64,000 nucleotides of DNA from an uncultured Verrucomicrobia subdivision 3 bacterium (GCA_903878805.1 CAIRJF010000032.1:1584-65583), one strand, 5' to 3'. Counted from the stretch's first letter, positions 27,754 through 38,794 are shown. Translations and numbers: made by a program. The notes: generated by a model not told the origin, from the letters alone.

Positions 27754-28494
27754 ATGGCCGACACGCATCCCATTTTGCTGGCCGCGCTGACGGGCTATTT
27801 TTGCAGCCTGATTTTTTCCTCGATCCCGTTCGGGCCGATCAACCTGACCATTCTCAACGAAGGCGCGCAGCGCGGCTTCGTCTGGGCGCTGCTCATCGGT
27901 CTGGGCGCGGCGACGATGGAGACGCTTTATTGCGCCTTTTCGTTCACGGGCTTTTCCTCGATTTTTGACCACGGCATCGCGCAGGCTTTTATGCAGTTGT
28001 TCAGCTTCGTCTTCATCCTGTTCATCGGCTGCAAATTTCTGCTCGCCCAGTCCGTTCATGTGCCGACCAAGCTCAACGCGGCTTCGGAAAAAATTGAGAC
28101 GACCATCGAGCAGAAATTTCATCCGCACTCCGCCTACATGACCGGCTTCGCGCGCGTGCTGGGCAATCTTGGCGTGCTGCTTTTTTGGATTGTCCTTGCG
28201 GCGAATCTCATGGCGCGCGACTGGGTGGACGTGGATTCTTTTGCCGCCAAGTCCGCGTGCGTCGGCGGCGTGCTGCTCGGCACAAGCACCTGGTTCACCG
28301 CGTTGAGCTTTGGCGTCTCGCGCGGCCACGGGCGGATGAGCGAGAAGACGCTGCTGCGCCTGCAACATTTTTCCGGCGTCTGTCTTCTGATTTTCGCCCT
28401 CATCCAAGGCACGCACATGGCGTGGCAACTGGCCAAACACAACCGGTATCAAGCGGCGCAGGAATCGCGCGCGGCTGATGCCAAAAACAAATAA
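27754..28494 (+). CDS. LysE/RhtB-family translocator-like membrane protein
   Basis: Six predicted TM helices. N-terminal SIPFGPINLTILNEGAQRG resembles the LysE-family signature. Confidence 0.55.
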   Translation: MADTHPILLAALTGYFCSLIFSSIPFGPINLTILNEGAQRGFVWALLIGLGAATMETLYCAFSFTGFSSIFDHGIAQAFMQLFSFVFILFIGCKFLLAQSVHVPTKLNAASEKIETTIEQKFHPHSAYMTGFARVLGNLGVLLFWIVLAANLMARDWVDVDSFAAKSACVGGVLLGTSTWFTALSFGVSRGHGRMSEKTLLRLQHFSGVCLLIFALIQGTHMAWQLAKHNRYQAAQESRAADAKNK

Positions 28495-28497
28495 TTT

Positions 28498-29601
28498 ATG
28501 CTCAAAGCTGGAATCGTCGGACTGCCCAACGTCGGCAAATCAACCCTGTTCAATGCCGTCACGCGCACGCGCAAGGCCGAGGCCGCAAACTATCCGTTCT
28601 GCACCATTGATCCGAACGTCGGCATCGTCACCGTCCCCGACGCGCGGCTGCAAGTGTTGCAGAACATCGCCAAGACCGGCGTCGTCATTCCTGCCGCAAT
28701 CGAGTTCGTGGACATCGCCGGCCTCGTCAAAGGCGCGTCGCAAGGCGAAGGTCTCGGCAATAAATTTCTCACGCACATCCGCGAAGTGGATGCGATTGTG
28801 CAAGTCGTCCGCTGCTTCGAGGACGCCGACATTCATCACGTCGCGGGCAGTGTTGACCCCGTGCGCGACATCGAAGTCATCACCACCGAACTCGTGCTGT
28901 CCGATTTGGAAGCCGTGCAGAAACGCCTTGCCAGCATTGCCAAAGACGCCAAGCGCGGCGACAAGGAAGCGCTCGCGCAAGAAGCCGTGTTGAAAAAAAT
29001 CGAGCCGCACCTCAACGCCGGCAAACCCGCGCTCACACTCGAACTCACACCCGAAGAAAAAGCCATTTCCCGTTTGTTCTGGTTGATGACCGACAAGCCA
29101 ACCATCTTCGCTTGCAACGTGAAGGAAAGCGATTTAGCCACTGCCGACCAAAACCCCTTCGTTCTCAAAGTCCGCGAATACACAAAAAATCATTTCGCCT
29201 GCGAAGCTGTCGTCATCAGCGCGCAAATCGAAAGCGACCTGATTGATTTGTCCGACGCCGAGGCGAAGGAATTTCTGAAGGAACTCGGCGTTTCAGAATC
29301 CGGCGTCGGCGCGCTCATCCGCGCGACGTATCATCTGCTCGGACTGCGGACGTATTTTACGGCGGGCGAAAAAGAAGTGCGCGCGTGGACGATTCACAAC
29401 GGCGACACTGCGCCGAAAGCGGCGGGCGTCATTCACTCGGATTTCGAACGCGGCTTTATCAAGGCCGAAACTGTGGCTTACGACGATTTGGTGAAACTCG
29501 GTTCCGTTGCCGCCGCGCGCGAAAAAGGTTTGTATCGCATGGAAGGCAAAGAATACGTCGTTAAAGACGGCGACGTGCTGCTGTTCAAATTCAACGTCTG
29601 A
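28498..29601 (+). CDS. ychF: Ribosome-binding ATPase YchF
   Basis: [37 protein letters not shown]-terminal TGS-like [19 protein letters not shown]. Confidence 0.95.
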   Translation: MLKAGIVGLPNVGKSTLFNAVTRTRKAEAANYPFCTIDPNVGIVTVPDARLQVLQNIAKTGVVIPAAIEFVDIAGLVKGASQGEGLGNKFLTHIREVDAIVQVVRCFEDADIHHVAGSVDPVRDIEVITTELVLSDLEAVQKRLASIAKDAKRGDKEALAQEAVLKKIEPHLNAGKPALTLELTPEEKAISRLFWLMTDKPTIFACNVKESDLATADQNPFVLKVREYTKNHFACEAVVISAQIESDLIDLSDAEAKEFLKELGVSESGVGALIRATYHLLGLRTYFTAGEKEVRAWTIHNGDTAPKAAGVIHSDFERGFIKAETVAYDDLVKLGSVAAAREKGLYRMEGKEYVVKDGDVLLFKFNV

Positions 29602-29625
29602 AGTTGCTGCCTCGGCGCGACAAGC

Positions 29626-30474
29626 TCAGTCGGCTTCCAGAATTTTTTTTGTGAGTGCGACGAATTGTTCCAGACTCAATTTCTCCGCGCGCTCTAGGAA
29701 CGAAATGTTCAACCTAGTGAACGCGGCCTCAAGTTTCTCCTTCGGCCAGTCCTGCTTCAATAATTTCAGCATCATCTTCCGGCGCTGGGAAAACGATTTT
29801 TTCACGATGCGGCGGAAGGCTTCGCGCTGTTCCTCTGCAAGCAACGGCGTCGCGCGGCGCACGAGGCAGACGCAGGCGGAGTCCACCTCCGGCGACGGGA
29901 AAAAACAGCCCGGCGGAATCTTGAACCAGCCGCGCGGTTGGAAATCGAGCTGCACGAGCAACGTCAGGATGCCGTAATGGTCATCGTCCGTCGGCGCCAT
30001 GAGCCGCTGCGCGACTTCCAGTTGGAGCGTGACGACAATCATCTTTGGCGCGCGCACGCCGGCGGCGAGTTCCACCAGAATCGGCGAGGCGACGGAATAA
30101 GGCAGGTTCGCGACGAGCTTCCAGTCGCACCAGTCGCGCGGTTCGCGCTGCAAAAACTTCAACGCGTCGTCGTGATGCAATTCAAGTTGCGGGGCAGAAT
30201 TCGATGCGAGTTGTTCCGCAAAGCGCTCGCATAAAACTTCGACCAGCCGGCCGTCCATTTCGATGGCGAGAACTTCGCCAGCTTTTTGCAAAAGCAGTTC
30301 CGTGAGCGGGCCGAGGCCGGGGCCAATTTCCAAAACTTTGTCGGTCCGGGAAAGTTCGGCAGCGGCGGCGATGCGTTCCAACTGGTGTGCATCGTGGAGA
30401 AAATTCTGGCCCAGCGATTTCGTGAGCTGGATGTCCCGCCGCGCCAGCAGTTCGCGCATTTCGGAGAGTTTCAT
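29626..30474 (-). CDS. rsmA: 16S rRNA (adenine1518/1519-N6)-dimethyltransferase
   Basis: LGQNFLHD, VLEIGPGLGPLT, VANLPYSVASPIL. Confidence 0.9.
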   Translation of the reverse strand: MKLSEMRELLARRDIQLTKSLGQNFLHDAHQLERIAAAAELSRTDKVLEIGPGLGPLTELLLQKAGEVLAIEMDGRLVEVLCERFAEQLASNSAPQLELHHDDALKFLQREPRDWCDWKLVANLPYSVASPILVELAAGVRAPKMIVVTLQLEVAQRLMAPTDDDHYGILTLLVQLDFQPRGWFKIPPGCFFPSPEVDSACVCLVRRATPLLAEEQREAFRRIVKKSFSQRRKMMLKLLKQDWPKEKLEAAFTRLNISFLERAEKLSLEQFVALTKKILEAD

Positions 30475-30481
30475 CGGTGGC

Positions 30482-30889
30482 TTAAATCCCGTCCAAATAG
30501 CTCTGCAATAAAATTGCCGCCGCCATTTTATCTACTTTCTCTTTGCGCTGGTCGCGCCGCACGCCGCCTTGGATCAAAATTTTGTTCGCCTGCGAACTTG
30601 TCAGGCGTTCGTCCCACAATTTTATCGGCACGGTGATGGCGGTTTTTAAAACGCCGACAAAGGTCTGCACTTTTTGCGCCGCCGGGCCGTAACTGCCGTC
30701 CATATTGCGCGGATTGCCGATGAGAATCAGATCCACTTCCTTCTCAATGAGAATTTTTTTTAGGCGCGCAAGAAAATCTGCGAACGGCTCCGCGAGAATA
30801 AATTCGAGCGGCTGCGCGATGGTTTTGGTTTCGTCGCTCACGGCGACGCCGATGCGCTTGGTTCCATGATCGAGAGCGAGGATTCGCAT
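30482..30889 (-). CDS. ruvX: Holliday junction resolvase-like protein RuvX (YqgF)
   Basis: MRILALDHGTKRIGVAVSD, DERLTS. Confidence 0.85.
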   Translation of the reverse strand: MRILALDHGTKRIGVAVSDETKTIAQPLEFILAEPFADFLARLKKILIEKEVDLILIGNPRNMDGSYGPAAQKVQTFVGVLKTAITVPIKLWDERLTSSQANKILIQGGVRRDQRKEKVDKMAAAILLQSYLDGI

Positions 30890-30934
30890 GATTCAACCCA
30901 AGGTATCAAATGTGAACCGCGCTTCCAGCTACTT

Positions 30935-32158
30935 TTAGGCCGCGAAGAACTTTTGAATCTCTTTGATGACTTCGATGAACACGTCCACTTCCGCTTTTGT
31001 GTTGTAAAAATAGAAACTGGCTCGCGCAGTGGATTCCACGCCCAATTTGTGCATCAGCGGTTGCGTGCAATGATGCCCGCCACGCAACGCCACGCCGCCT
31101 TGATTTGCGAGCGTTACCACATCGTGCGCGTGCACGTCCTTCAACAGAAAACTGACCAAGCCGGCGCGATTTTTTTTCGGGCCAAAGATACGGATATTTT
31201 TCAGCGCGGATAATTTTTCCGCCGCGTAGTTGGCGAGTTCCTGATCATGTTGCCATATGTTCGCGCGGCCAATCGCGTCGAGATAATCCATCGCCGCGTG
31301 CAAACCGATAGGGCCGGAAATGTCCGGCGTGCCAGCTTCGAAGCGATGCGGCGCGTGCTTGAATTCCGTCTTGTGATAGCCGACGGATAAAATCATTTCG
31401 CCACCACCTTGATAAGGCGGCATGGTTTCGAGAATTTCCTGCCGGCCCCACAAGACGCCGATGCCGGTGGGCCCGCAAATCTTGTGGCCGGAGAACGCAA
31501 AGAAGTCGCACCCGATGGCCTGAACGTCAACCGGCAGATGCCCGGCGCTCTGCGCGCCGTCCACGAGCGTGACGATGCCGAGCTTGCGTGCGCGCGCGCA
31601 AAGTTCTTCCACGGGATTCACGACACCCATCGAGTTTGAGATGTGAACCATCGAAAACATTTTCACCTGCGGCGTGAGCAGCGAATCGAGTTTTGACAAA
31701 TCCAAAACGCCGTCGTCCCCGGTGACGGGAATGTAGGTAATTTTCGCACCGGTTTTTTGCGCGAGCATCTGCCACGGCACAAGATTACTGTGATGTTCCA
31801 ATTCGGTGAGCAGAATCACATCGCCCGCCTTGAGATTTTTCGCGCCCCAAGTAGCGGCAACGAGATTGATTCCTTCCGTCGTGCCGCGCGTAAAAATAAT
31901 TTCGTCGGCCGATTTCGCATTGATGAATTTGGCGGAGCGGGTGCGCGCGGCTTCGAAGGCGTTCGTGGCGCGGTTGCTCAATTCATGAATGCCGCGATGG
32001 ACATTGGCGTTGTCGCGTTCGTAATAATGCACGAGCGCATCAATGACGCTGCGGGGTTTTTGCGACGTGGCGGCGTTGTCGAAATAAACCAGCGGCTTGC
32101 CGTGGACTTGCTGATGCAGAATCGGGAAGTCTTTACGCAATGATGTCCAGTCAGTCAT
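30935..32158 (-). CDS. sufS: Cysteine desulfurase, SufS type
   Basis: YFDNAATSQKP, FSGHKICGPTGIGVLWG (PLP Lys), RGGHHCTQPL (catalytic Cys loop). Confidence 0.9.
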   Translation of the reverse strand: MTDWTSLRKDFPILHQQVHGKPLVYFDNAATSQKPRSVIDALVHYYERDNANVHRGIHELSNRATNAFEAARTRSAKFINAKSADEIIFTRGTTEGINLVAATWGAKNLKAGDVILLTELEHHSNLVPWQMLAQKTGAKITYIPVTGDDGVLDLSKLDSLLTPQVKMFSMVHISNSMGVVNPVEELCARARKLGIVTLVDGAQSAGHLPVDVQAIGCDFFAFSGHKICGPTGIGVLWGRQEILETMPPYQGGGEMILSVGYHKTEFKHAPHRFEAGTPDISGPIGLHAAMDYLDAIGRANIWQHDQELANYAAEKLSALKNIRIFGPKKNRAGLVSFLLKDVHAHDVVTLANQGGVALRGGHHCTQPLMHKLGVESTARASFYFYNTKAEVDVFIEVIKEIQKFFAA

Positions 32159-32217
32159 TTTGAATAATAATGAAAGCAGTAAAGCAGGAATTTTGTTCCT
32201 GTCTTCCTAATTAAATT

Positions 32218-32775
32218 TTAGAGCAAACCCAGTTGCAGTTTCGCCGCTTCGGTCATCATGCCCTGATTCCACGGGGGATCCCAGACGAGTTCGACGTTGG
32301 CTTCGTCAATCGGTTCGAGCGAGATGAGTTTGTTCTGCACGTCCTGCGCGAGCACCGGACCCATGCCGCAACCGGGCGCGGTCAGCGTCATCTTCACATC
32401 GGCTTTGTAATTATCCGCGCCGATGGGCGTGAGATGACAGTCGTAAATCAAACCGAGGTCCACGACGTTCACGGGAATTTCCGGGTCGTAACAGGTCTTG
32501 AGCTGCTCCCAGACTTTCTTTTCCAATTCTTCCTGCGTCAGCGGGCCGCTCGGCGTGGCGGTGGGCGAACCAGCGGGCGCAACTTTGGCTTCGATGCCCA
32601 AAGCGTCCGCGTCCTTTTCGCCGATGCGGAACATGTTCCCATTCACGATCACGGTGAAACTGCCGCCGAGCGATTGCGTGATGTGCGCCGTCTCGCCTTT
32701 TTGCAGCGTGACCTTGGTGCCGATGGGAACGACGGAGGCTTCCACGTCGCGGGTCAAAATCTTTTGTTCACTCAT
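32218..32775 (-). CDS. sufT: SUF-associated Fe-S assembly protein (SufT-like, C-terminal DUF59/MIP18 domain)
   Basis: C-terminal ..VWEQLKTCYDPEIPVNVVDLGLIY...MTLTAPGCGMG is the DUF59 pattern. Size and position in the suf cluster fit SufT. Confidence 0.6.
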   Translation of the reverse strand: MSEQKILTRDVEASVVPIGTKVTLQKGETAHITQSLGGSFTVIVNGNMFRIGEKDADALGIEAKVAPAGSPTATPSGPLTQEELEKKVWEQLKTCYDPEIPVNVVDLGLIYDCHLTPIGADNYKADVKMTLTAPGCGMGPVLAQDVQNKLISLEPIDEANVELVWDPPWNQGMMTEAAKLQLGLL

Positions 32776-32814
32776 AATAAAAATATCTTCGTCGTTACGG
32801 CGGCAAAAATCAAA

Positions 32815-33270
32815 TCACGTCTGCTCGTTTTCCGTGCTGACGGGCGCGGCCTCACCTCTGAGCGCACCGATGAGCGCATGCCACGCCAGAATCGCACACT
32901 TCACGCGCGCCGGATATTTGTAAACGCCTGCGAACACCGCGAGCTTGCCGACATCGCCATTGACGGTGCCGGTCGTGATCATGTCGCGCACCTGTTCAAA
33001 CGTCTTTTCCGCCTCGGCTTTGGTTTTGCCTTTCACATTGTCGGTGAGCAATGACGCGGAAGCCTTGGAAATACAGCAGCCCGAGCCGGTGAAACTTGCG
33101 TCCTTAATTACATCACCATCCAGCGTCAGAAATAATTTTAGATTATCGCCGCACAACGGATTAAACCCCTGCGCCGAACACGAACATTGCGGCATCTCAT
33201 GAAAATTGCGCGGATGCTTGCAATGATCAAGAATGACTTGCTGATAAAGGTCGTTGATGTCGTCGAACAT
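32815..33270 (-). CDS. sufU: SUF-system NifU/IscU-like scaffold/sulfur-transfer protein
   Basis: NPLCGDNL, GSGCCISKASASLL, CAILAWHAL: the three conserved Cys contexts of SufU. Confidence 0.85.
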   Translation of the reverse strand: MFDDINDLYQQVILDHCKHPRNFHEMPQCSCSAQGFNPLCGDNLKLFLTLDGDVIKDASFTGSGCCISKASASLLTDNVKGKTKAEAEKTFEQVRDMITTGTVNGDVGKLAVFAGVYKYPARVKCAILAWHALIGALRGEAAPVSTENEQT

Positions 33271-33277
33271 TTTCGGA

Positions 33278-34618
33278 TTATTTGCCCAGCAGGTGAGGAT
33301 GCGCTTCCAAGCGGTCCCACACTAGCTTATCAATGACTTCGCGCGCTGGTTCGCATTTGATACGTTCAATAATTTCGCCCGCGAACGCGTGGATCAACAT
33401 CTGTTTCGCCGTGTCCAAACTCATCCCGCGCGAACGCAGATAAAAAATACTCTCCGCATTCAACTGACCGATGGTTGCACCGTGGGTGCATTTCACATCG
33501 TCTGCGTAAATCTCCAATTGCGGCTTTGTGTCCGCCGTCGCGTCATCGGAGAGCAGTAAATTTTTGTTCGTCTGCTTTGCATCCGTCTTCTGCGCGATTT
33601 CACGCACCAAAATACGGCCGTGAAAAACGCCTTTAGATTTGTCGTCCAAAATTCCGTTGAAATATTCATGGCTCGCGCAATGCGGCTGCGCGTGTTCGAC
33701 AATCATGTGATGGTCGGCGAGCTGCTCGTCCTTCGTCAGGTAAAGTCCGTTCAAAATACATTCGAGACCTTCGCCCGCGAGATTCGTGCGGATGTTGTTG
33801 CGCGAAATTTTTGCGCCCAAGGCAATGGAGTGAACACTTACATTGCTCGCGCGGCCAAACTCGCCCGCGATGGTCGCGATGTGATACGCATCCGTTGCTT
33901 CGTCTTGCAGTTTGACGTGTTCTACATTCGCATTGTCGCCCGCAAAAATTTCCGTCACCGCGTTCGTGAAGTAAGCCACATTGCCCGTGCTGAGATAGCT
34001 TTCGACAACGGTCAATTTACTGTTCGCCTCGGCAATTATGAGATTGCGCGGCAAAATTGTTTCACCAATCTGCTTCGCCGAAGAAATATAAATGAGTTGC
34101 ACCGGTTCAGCGACTTCCACACCTTTCGGCACAAAGATAAATGCGCCATCAGTGAAAAACGCCTGATTCAACGAGGCGAAAGTGTTGTTCGCGGTGTGGG
34201 CGTATTTGCCGAGATGCTTTTCGATGAGCGCAGAATCGTTCGCGAGTGTGGCCGAAAGATTTTCAATCCGCACGCCGCCGCTGACAGGCTTGATGTTGGA
34301 AAGTTTGGCGCAGAAAAATCCGTTCACGAACACCAGCCGATGGCCGGGCAGCTTGTCAAAAACCGATTCCGCAATCAGCTTGGACTCGGCGCCGTTGACG
34401 GCGACTTGGGTGGCAAGCGTGAACGGTAGTTGCGCGATGGAGGAGACATTCGTGAAGCGCCAATCTTCGTCGCTCAACTTGGGAAAACCCAGGGCGGCAA
34501 AGCTGGCGATGCCGGCCTTGCGCACGGGCGCAAGCCACCTAGGCTGCAACGAGGCGGCTTCGGACTGTGAAAATATTTTTACCAGCGATTCGGTTCCGAT
34601 GTTGGCTTTTAGCGTCAT
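33278..34618 (-). CDS. sufD: Fe-S cluster assembly protein SufD
   Basis: C-terminal beta-helix with ..DTKPQLEIYADDVKCTHGATIGQL.. and ..FYLRSRGMS... ATG 34618 is preferred because the track start 34753 would overlap parC. Confidence 0.85.
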   Translation of the reverse strand: MTLKANIGTESLVKIFSQSEAASLQPRWLAPVRKAGIASFAALGFPKLSDEDWRFTNVSSIAQLPFTLATQVAVNGAESKLIAESVFDKLPGHRLVFVNGFFCAKLSNIKPVSGGVRIENLSATLANDSALIEKHLGKYAHTANNTFASLNQAFFTDGAFIFVPKGVEVAEPVQLIYISSAKQIGETILPRNLIIAEANSKLTVVESYLSTGNVAYFTNAVTEIFAGDNANVEHVKLQDEATDAYHIATIAGEFGRASNVSVHSIALGAKISRNNIRTNLAGEGLECILNGLYLTKDEQLADHHMIVEHAQPHCASHEYFNGILDDKSKGVFHGRILVREIAQKTDAKQTNKNLLLSDDATADTKPQLEIYADDVKCTHGATIGQLNAESIFYLRSRGMSLDTAKQMLIHAFAGEIIERIKCEPAREVIDKLVWDRLEAHPHLLGK

Positions 34619-34739
34619 GTTTAGAATAGTTCTAATTATAAATCTGGCATTATTTTCCCATTTCGGGCGGCGATGTGCAATGGAAATTCCAATCACCAAC
34701 CAGTCGAATCTCAAGTCCAGAACGTGGTCGGCAAACCGT

Positions 34740-36857
34740 TTAGGCAAATACAATTTGCGTCGTTGCCGCCTTTTCGTCCCAACCGCGCGTTGGCTCGGCG
34801 GTCACGGACGAAATGTCCTTGATGGAAATCTGCCGGCCCAGCGTGCGCGGATTTTTCACCTCAACCTGCGACGGATCGCAGGTCTGTTGCGAGATTTTCT
34901 GGTGCGGCGCGGGCTTGTAGCGGATGTAAAGCGTCTTCGGCGTGTCCGGCGCGAAATACAGGATGCGCGATTTTTCCGGGATGCACGAATAGACTTTGTC
35001 CAGAATCGTGCCGCCAAAGGTGAACCGCTTGAGATAGCTCGCTTCGCGGTCGGTGTAGGCGCAGGTGAAAACTTTTTCGCGGTCCGGCAGGTCGCAATAA
35101 AATAATTCCTGCCCGACAAATAATTTCTCCGGCAACTCCGTGACCTTGTAAGTGCCGTCGCGGAACACGAGGAGAATTTTATCGAACTTGGTGCACTCTA
35201 ATTTGAATTCTTCGCCCGAAACTTTGTAGCCGACGTAGCCGGTCTCGCGGTCGTAGGCGACCTTGAACGACTTGAACGCGACGGCCTTCACATCCACTTC
35301 CTCGTGGCGCGCGGACTTGGTCGTCAGACGCGGATAAATCTTAGCGTATTTTTCCAGCAACGCTTCGAGATGGCTGATGACATATTTCGTCAGGCCTTTG
35401 AGATGCTTGCGCGTCTCGTCCAACTCCGCCTTCGTCTTCTCCATCTCCTCGCGATGCTTGTTGATGTCAAAAAGCGAAATCCGGCGGATGCGGACTTGCA
35501 GCAGTTTTTCCACGTCCGCGTCCACGATGTCGCGGATCAATTCCTTTTTGAACGGCTTAAAACCATCATAAACACTGGCGATAACCGCTTCGTTCGTCTT
35601 GCATGACTCGATCTTTTTGTAAATGCGCTCCTCGATGAAGATGCGTTCCAGCGTGCGGTAATGCAGCTCGTCGAGCAGGTTTTTCTCCTTCAACTCAAGT
35701 TCGCGTTTCAGAATGCGCACGAGCTGATCGGTGTTCTCCTGCAAAATTTCCGACACGGTCAACTCGACTGGACGATTGTCTTTGATGACGACGATGCGGC
35801 TCGCGATGGAAACTTCGCAATCGGTGAACGCATACAGCGCATCAATCAACTTCTCCGCGTCCACGCCCGCGTGACAGCGGATTTCAATCTCCACCGTTTC
35901 CGACGTAAAATCGTTGATAGATTTGACTTTTAATTTTCCCTTTTGCACCGCGTCTTCAATCGAAGCGATGAGCGATTCGGTCGTCGTGGTCGGCGGAATT
36001 TCTTTGATGACGACGGTGGATTCGTCCTTCGTTTTTATTTTAGCGCGAACTTTGACCGAACCTTTGCCGTCTTGATAATCGCGCGCATCCATCAGCCCGC
36101 CCGTCGGAAAATCCGGCAGACATTTGAACGGCTGCTTCTTGAGAATCGCGATTTGCGCTTCGAGTAACTCAGGGAAATTGTGCGGCAGAATCCGCGCGCT
36201 CAAACCAACTGCGATGCCTTCCGTGCCGAGCATCAGCGTGAGCGGCAGTTTGCACGGCAACGTCACCGGCTCTTTGTTGCGACCGTCGTAGCTTGGAATG
36301 AAATCGGTGATGGAGTCGTTGAAAACTTCCGTGCGCGCGAGCTCCGTCAAACGACATTCGATGTAGCGCGAGGCTGCCGCCGGGTCGCCCGTAAAAATAT
36401 TGCCATAATTTCCCTGGCCTTCGATGAGATAACGCTTATTCGCCAATACTACCAACGCGTCACCGATGGACGCGTCGCCGTGCGGATGATATTGCATCGT
36501 GTGACCAACGACATTGGCGACCTTGATGAAACGTCCGTCGTCCTTCTCGTGCAACGCCCACAAGATGCGCCGTTGCACCGGCTTCAAACCGTCCGCAAGA
36601 TTCGGAATCGCGCGGTCGCGGATGACGTAGCTCGCGTAATCCAAAAACCCGCGATCCACGCGCGTGTGCAAACCGACGCCGAGTTTTTTCGGATCAAACG
36701 GCTTGTGCGCGATGGCTTCAACCGCTTCGGCCACGACGTGCTGCTCGCCGTTCGTGTCGGCGGATTTTTTGCGTTTGGCTTCCACCGGCGCGGCGGGTTG
36801 CAAGTTCTCGATGGGCAATTCCGGCTGGCCGGAGTCTTTCTTTTTCTTGTCTGACAT
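34740..36857 (-). CDS. parC: Type IIA topoisomerase subunit A (topoisomerase IV ParC-like)
   Basis: RAIPNLADGLKPVQRRILWAL, HPHGDASIGDALV, ..RYIECRLT.. (active-site Tyr context). At 705 aa the C-terminal domain looks shorter than I would expect for GyrA, so it is more topo IV-like. Confidence 0.75.
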   Translation of the reverse strand: MSDKKKKDSGQPELPIENLQPAAPVEAKRKKSADTNGEQHVVAEAVEAIAHKPFDPKKLGVGLHTRVDRGFLDYASYVIRDRAIPNLADGLKPVQRRILWALHEKDDGRFIKVANVVGHTMQYHPHGDASIGDALVVLANKRYLIEGQGNYGNIFTGDPAAASRYIECRLTELARTEVFNDSITDFIPSYDGRNKEPVTLPCKLPLTLMLGTEGIAVGLSARILPHNFPELLEAQIAILKKQPFKCLPDFPTGGLMDARDYQDGKGSVKVRAKIKTKDESTVVIKEIPPTTTTESLIASIEDAVQKGKLKVKSINDFTSETVEIEIRCHAGVDAEKLIDALYAFTDCEVSIASRIVVIKDNRPVELTVSEILQENTDQLVRILKRELELKEKNLLDELHYRTLERIFIEERIYKKIESCKTNEAVIASVYDGFKPFKKELIRDIVDADVEKLLQVRIRRISLFDINKHREEMEKTKAELDETRKHLKGLTKYVISHLEALLEKYAKIYPRLTTKSARHEEVDVKAVAFKSFKVAYDRETGYVGYKVSGEEFKLECTKFDKILLVFRDGTYKVTELPEKLFVGQELFYCDLPDREKVFTCAYTDREASYLKRFTFGGTILDKVYSCIPEKSRILYFAPDTPKTLYIRYKPAPHQKISQQTCDPSQVEVKNPRTLGRQISIKDISSVTAEPTRGWDEKAATTQIVFA

Positions 36858-36875
36858 TGGTAAAAGTTTTGGAAA

Positions 36876-38720
36876 TTATTCTTCAACCGGCACCACGAGT
36901 TTTTCCATGATGTAATCTTTGCGTTCCGGCGTGTTCTTGCCCATGTAGAAATCAAAGATCTGGCCGGACTCGGCGCGCGGCGCGTATTCCACTTTGCTCA
37001 AACGCATTTCCTTGCCGATGAATTGTTGAAATTCCTTCGGCGAAATTTCGCCCAAGCCTTTGAAGCGCGTAATCTCCGGTTTGCCGCCGAGTTTGGCGGA
37101 CGTCGCGTCACGCTCGTTTTCGCTGTAGCAATAAATTGTTTCCTGCTTGTTGCGCACGCGGAACAAGGGCGTTTCCAAAACCCAGATGCGATCTTCGTGG
37201 ACGAGTTGCTCGAAGAACTTGAAGAAATAGGTGATCATCAAGTTGCGGATGTGCATGCCGTCTACATCCGCGTCGGTTGCGAGAATTACTTTTTCGTAAC
37301 GCAAACTGTCCGTCGTGTCTTCGACGTTCAAAGCCTGCATGAGATTATACATCTCGTCGTTTTTATACATCACGTCGCGCTTGAGATCCCAGACGTTCAG
37401 CGGCTTGCCTTTGAGCACGAACACCGCCTGATTATTCACGTCACGACAGCTCGTGATGGAACCGGCTGCCGACTGACCTTCGCAAATAAAAACCATCGTG
37501 CCTTTGCCTTTTTCCTTCTTCTTGTCGAAATGGTTTTTGCAATCTTTCAACTGCGGAATGCGCAACGTGATTGCCTTGGAACGTTCGCGCGCGAGCTTTT
37601 TCACGTTCTGCAATTCCTTACGCAAGTCCTGCGTGTCTTTGACCTTCGCGATGATGGTTTCGGCAATCGTCTTGTTGCGTTGGAAAAAATGCAGCAACTC
37701 TTCACGCACGCTGTTCACCAACTCGGTGCGGATTTCCGTGTTGCCCAATTTATTTTTTGTCTGCGACTCGAACATCGGGTCTTTCAGGCGGATTGCCACC
37801 GCACCGACCATGCACTCGCGCACGTCGTCGCCCTCGAATTTTCCGTTGCAATATTCGTTGACCGCTTTCAACAAACCTTCACGGAAGGCGCTTAAATGCG
37901 TGCCGCCGTCGCTGGTGAACTGGCCGTTGACGAATGAAAAAAACGTTTCGCCATAACGGGAATTGCTGTGCGTGAAACAAAATTCCAGCGTCTTGCCGCT
38001 GTAATGCAGCGGCGCATAAATCGGCTCGCTGCCGTCCACGCCGAGTTCTTCCATCACCAAATCCATCAAGCCGTGGCGTGACTGAAATGATTTCGGCTCC
38101 GCGCCTTTGACATTCAGCACGAGCTTCAAGCCGGTGTTGAGATAGCTGTAATGCCGCAAACGGCGCTCAATGAATTCCAGCTTGAATTCGCTGTTCTTAA
38201 AAATCTCCTCGTCCGGCTCGAATTCGATCAGCGTGCCGTTCGGATCTTTCGTTTTGCCGGAATCTTCTTTTTTTAATTTTCCAATTTTGAAACTCGCCTC
38301 GGCGAATTCGCCGTCGCGATGGCTGCGGACAAAAAAGTTTTTGGACAACGCATTGACGGCCTTCGTGCCAACCCCATTCAAGCCGACGCTGAATTGAAAA
38401 ACATCGTCGTTGTATTTTGCGCCCGTATTTATTTTGGAAACGCAGTCCACGACTTTGCCCAGCGGAATGCCGCGACCGAAATCGCGCACCGTCACGCGAT
38501 TGCCGTCGAGGCCGATGTGGACTTCCTTGCCGTTGCCCATGATGAATTCATCAATGGCATTGTCCACGACCTCCTTGAGCAAAACGTAGCAGCCGTCGTC
38601 GGGGTGCGCGCCGTTGCCGATGCGCCCGATATACATGCCCGTGCGGAGGCGGATGTGTTCGAGCGACGACAGCGTTTTGATTTTGCTTTCGTCGTAAACT
38701 GCTTTTGGTTTTTCAGCCAT
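36876..38720 (-). CDS. parE: Type IIA topoisomerase subunit B (topoisomerase IV ParE-like)
   Basis: GHKL ATPase motifs (LKEVVDNAIDE, DFGRGIP, GLNGVGTK), Toprim (ICEGQSAAGS, LATDADVDGMHI). Confidence 0.8.
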   Translation of the reverse strand: MAEKPKAVYDESKIKTLSSLEHIRLRTGMYIGRIGNGAHPDDGCYVLLKEVVDNAIDEFIMGNGKEVHIGLDGNRVTVRDFGRGIPLGKVVDCVSKINTGAKYNDDVFQFSVGLNGVGTKAVNALSKNFFVRSHRDGEFAEASFKIGKLKKEDSGKTKDPNGTLIEFEPDEEIFKNSEFKLEFIERRLRHYSYLNTGLKLVLNVKGAEPKSFQSRHGLMDLVMEELGVDGSEPIYAPLHYSGKTLEFCFTHSNSRYGETFFSFVNGQFTSDGGTHLSAFREGLLKAVNEYCNGKFEGDDVRECMVGAVAIRLKDPMFESQTKNKLGNTEIRTELVNSVREELLHFFQRNKTIAETIIAKVKDTQDLRKELQNVKKLARERSKAITLRIPQLKDCKNHFDKKKEKGKGTMVFICEGQSAAGSITSCRDVNNQAVFVLKGKPLNVWDLKRDVMYKNDEMYNLMQALNVEDTTDSLRYEKVILATDADVDGMHIRNLMITYFFKFFEQLVHEDRIWVLETPLFRVRNKQETIYCYSENERDATSAKLGGKPEITRFKGLGEISPKEFQQFIGKEMRLSKVEYAPRAESGQIFDFYMGKNTPERKDYIMEKLVVPVEE

Positions 38721-38794
38721 AGAAATTGTGCGGCGGTGAAGATGCGGGAAATGGAAATAAATTTCAACGTAAAGCCGTAATCTTGTTTAACCAC

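Noticed and set aside
38265-38295. AT-rich stretch in parE (encoding FKIGKLKKE) as a further repeat copy
   Set aside because: This segment corresponds to a normal, alignable part of the GyrB/ParE ATPase-transducer region. The resemblance to the repeat is probably compositional only.
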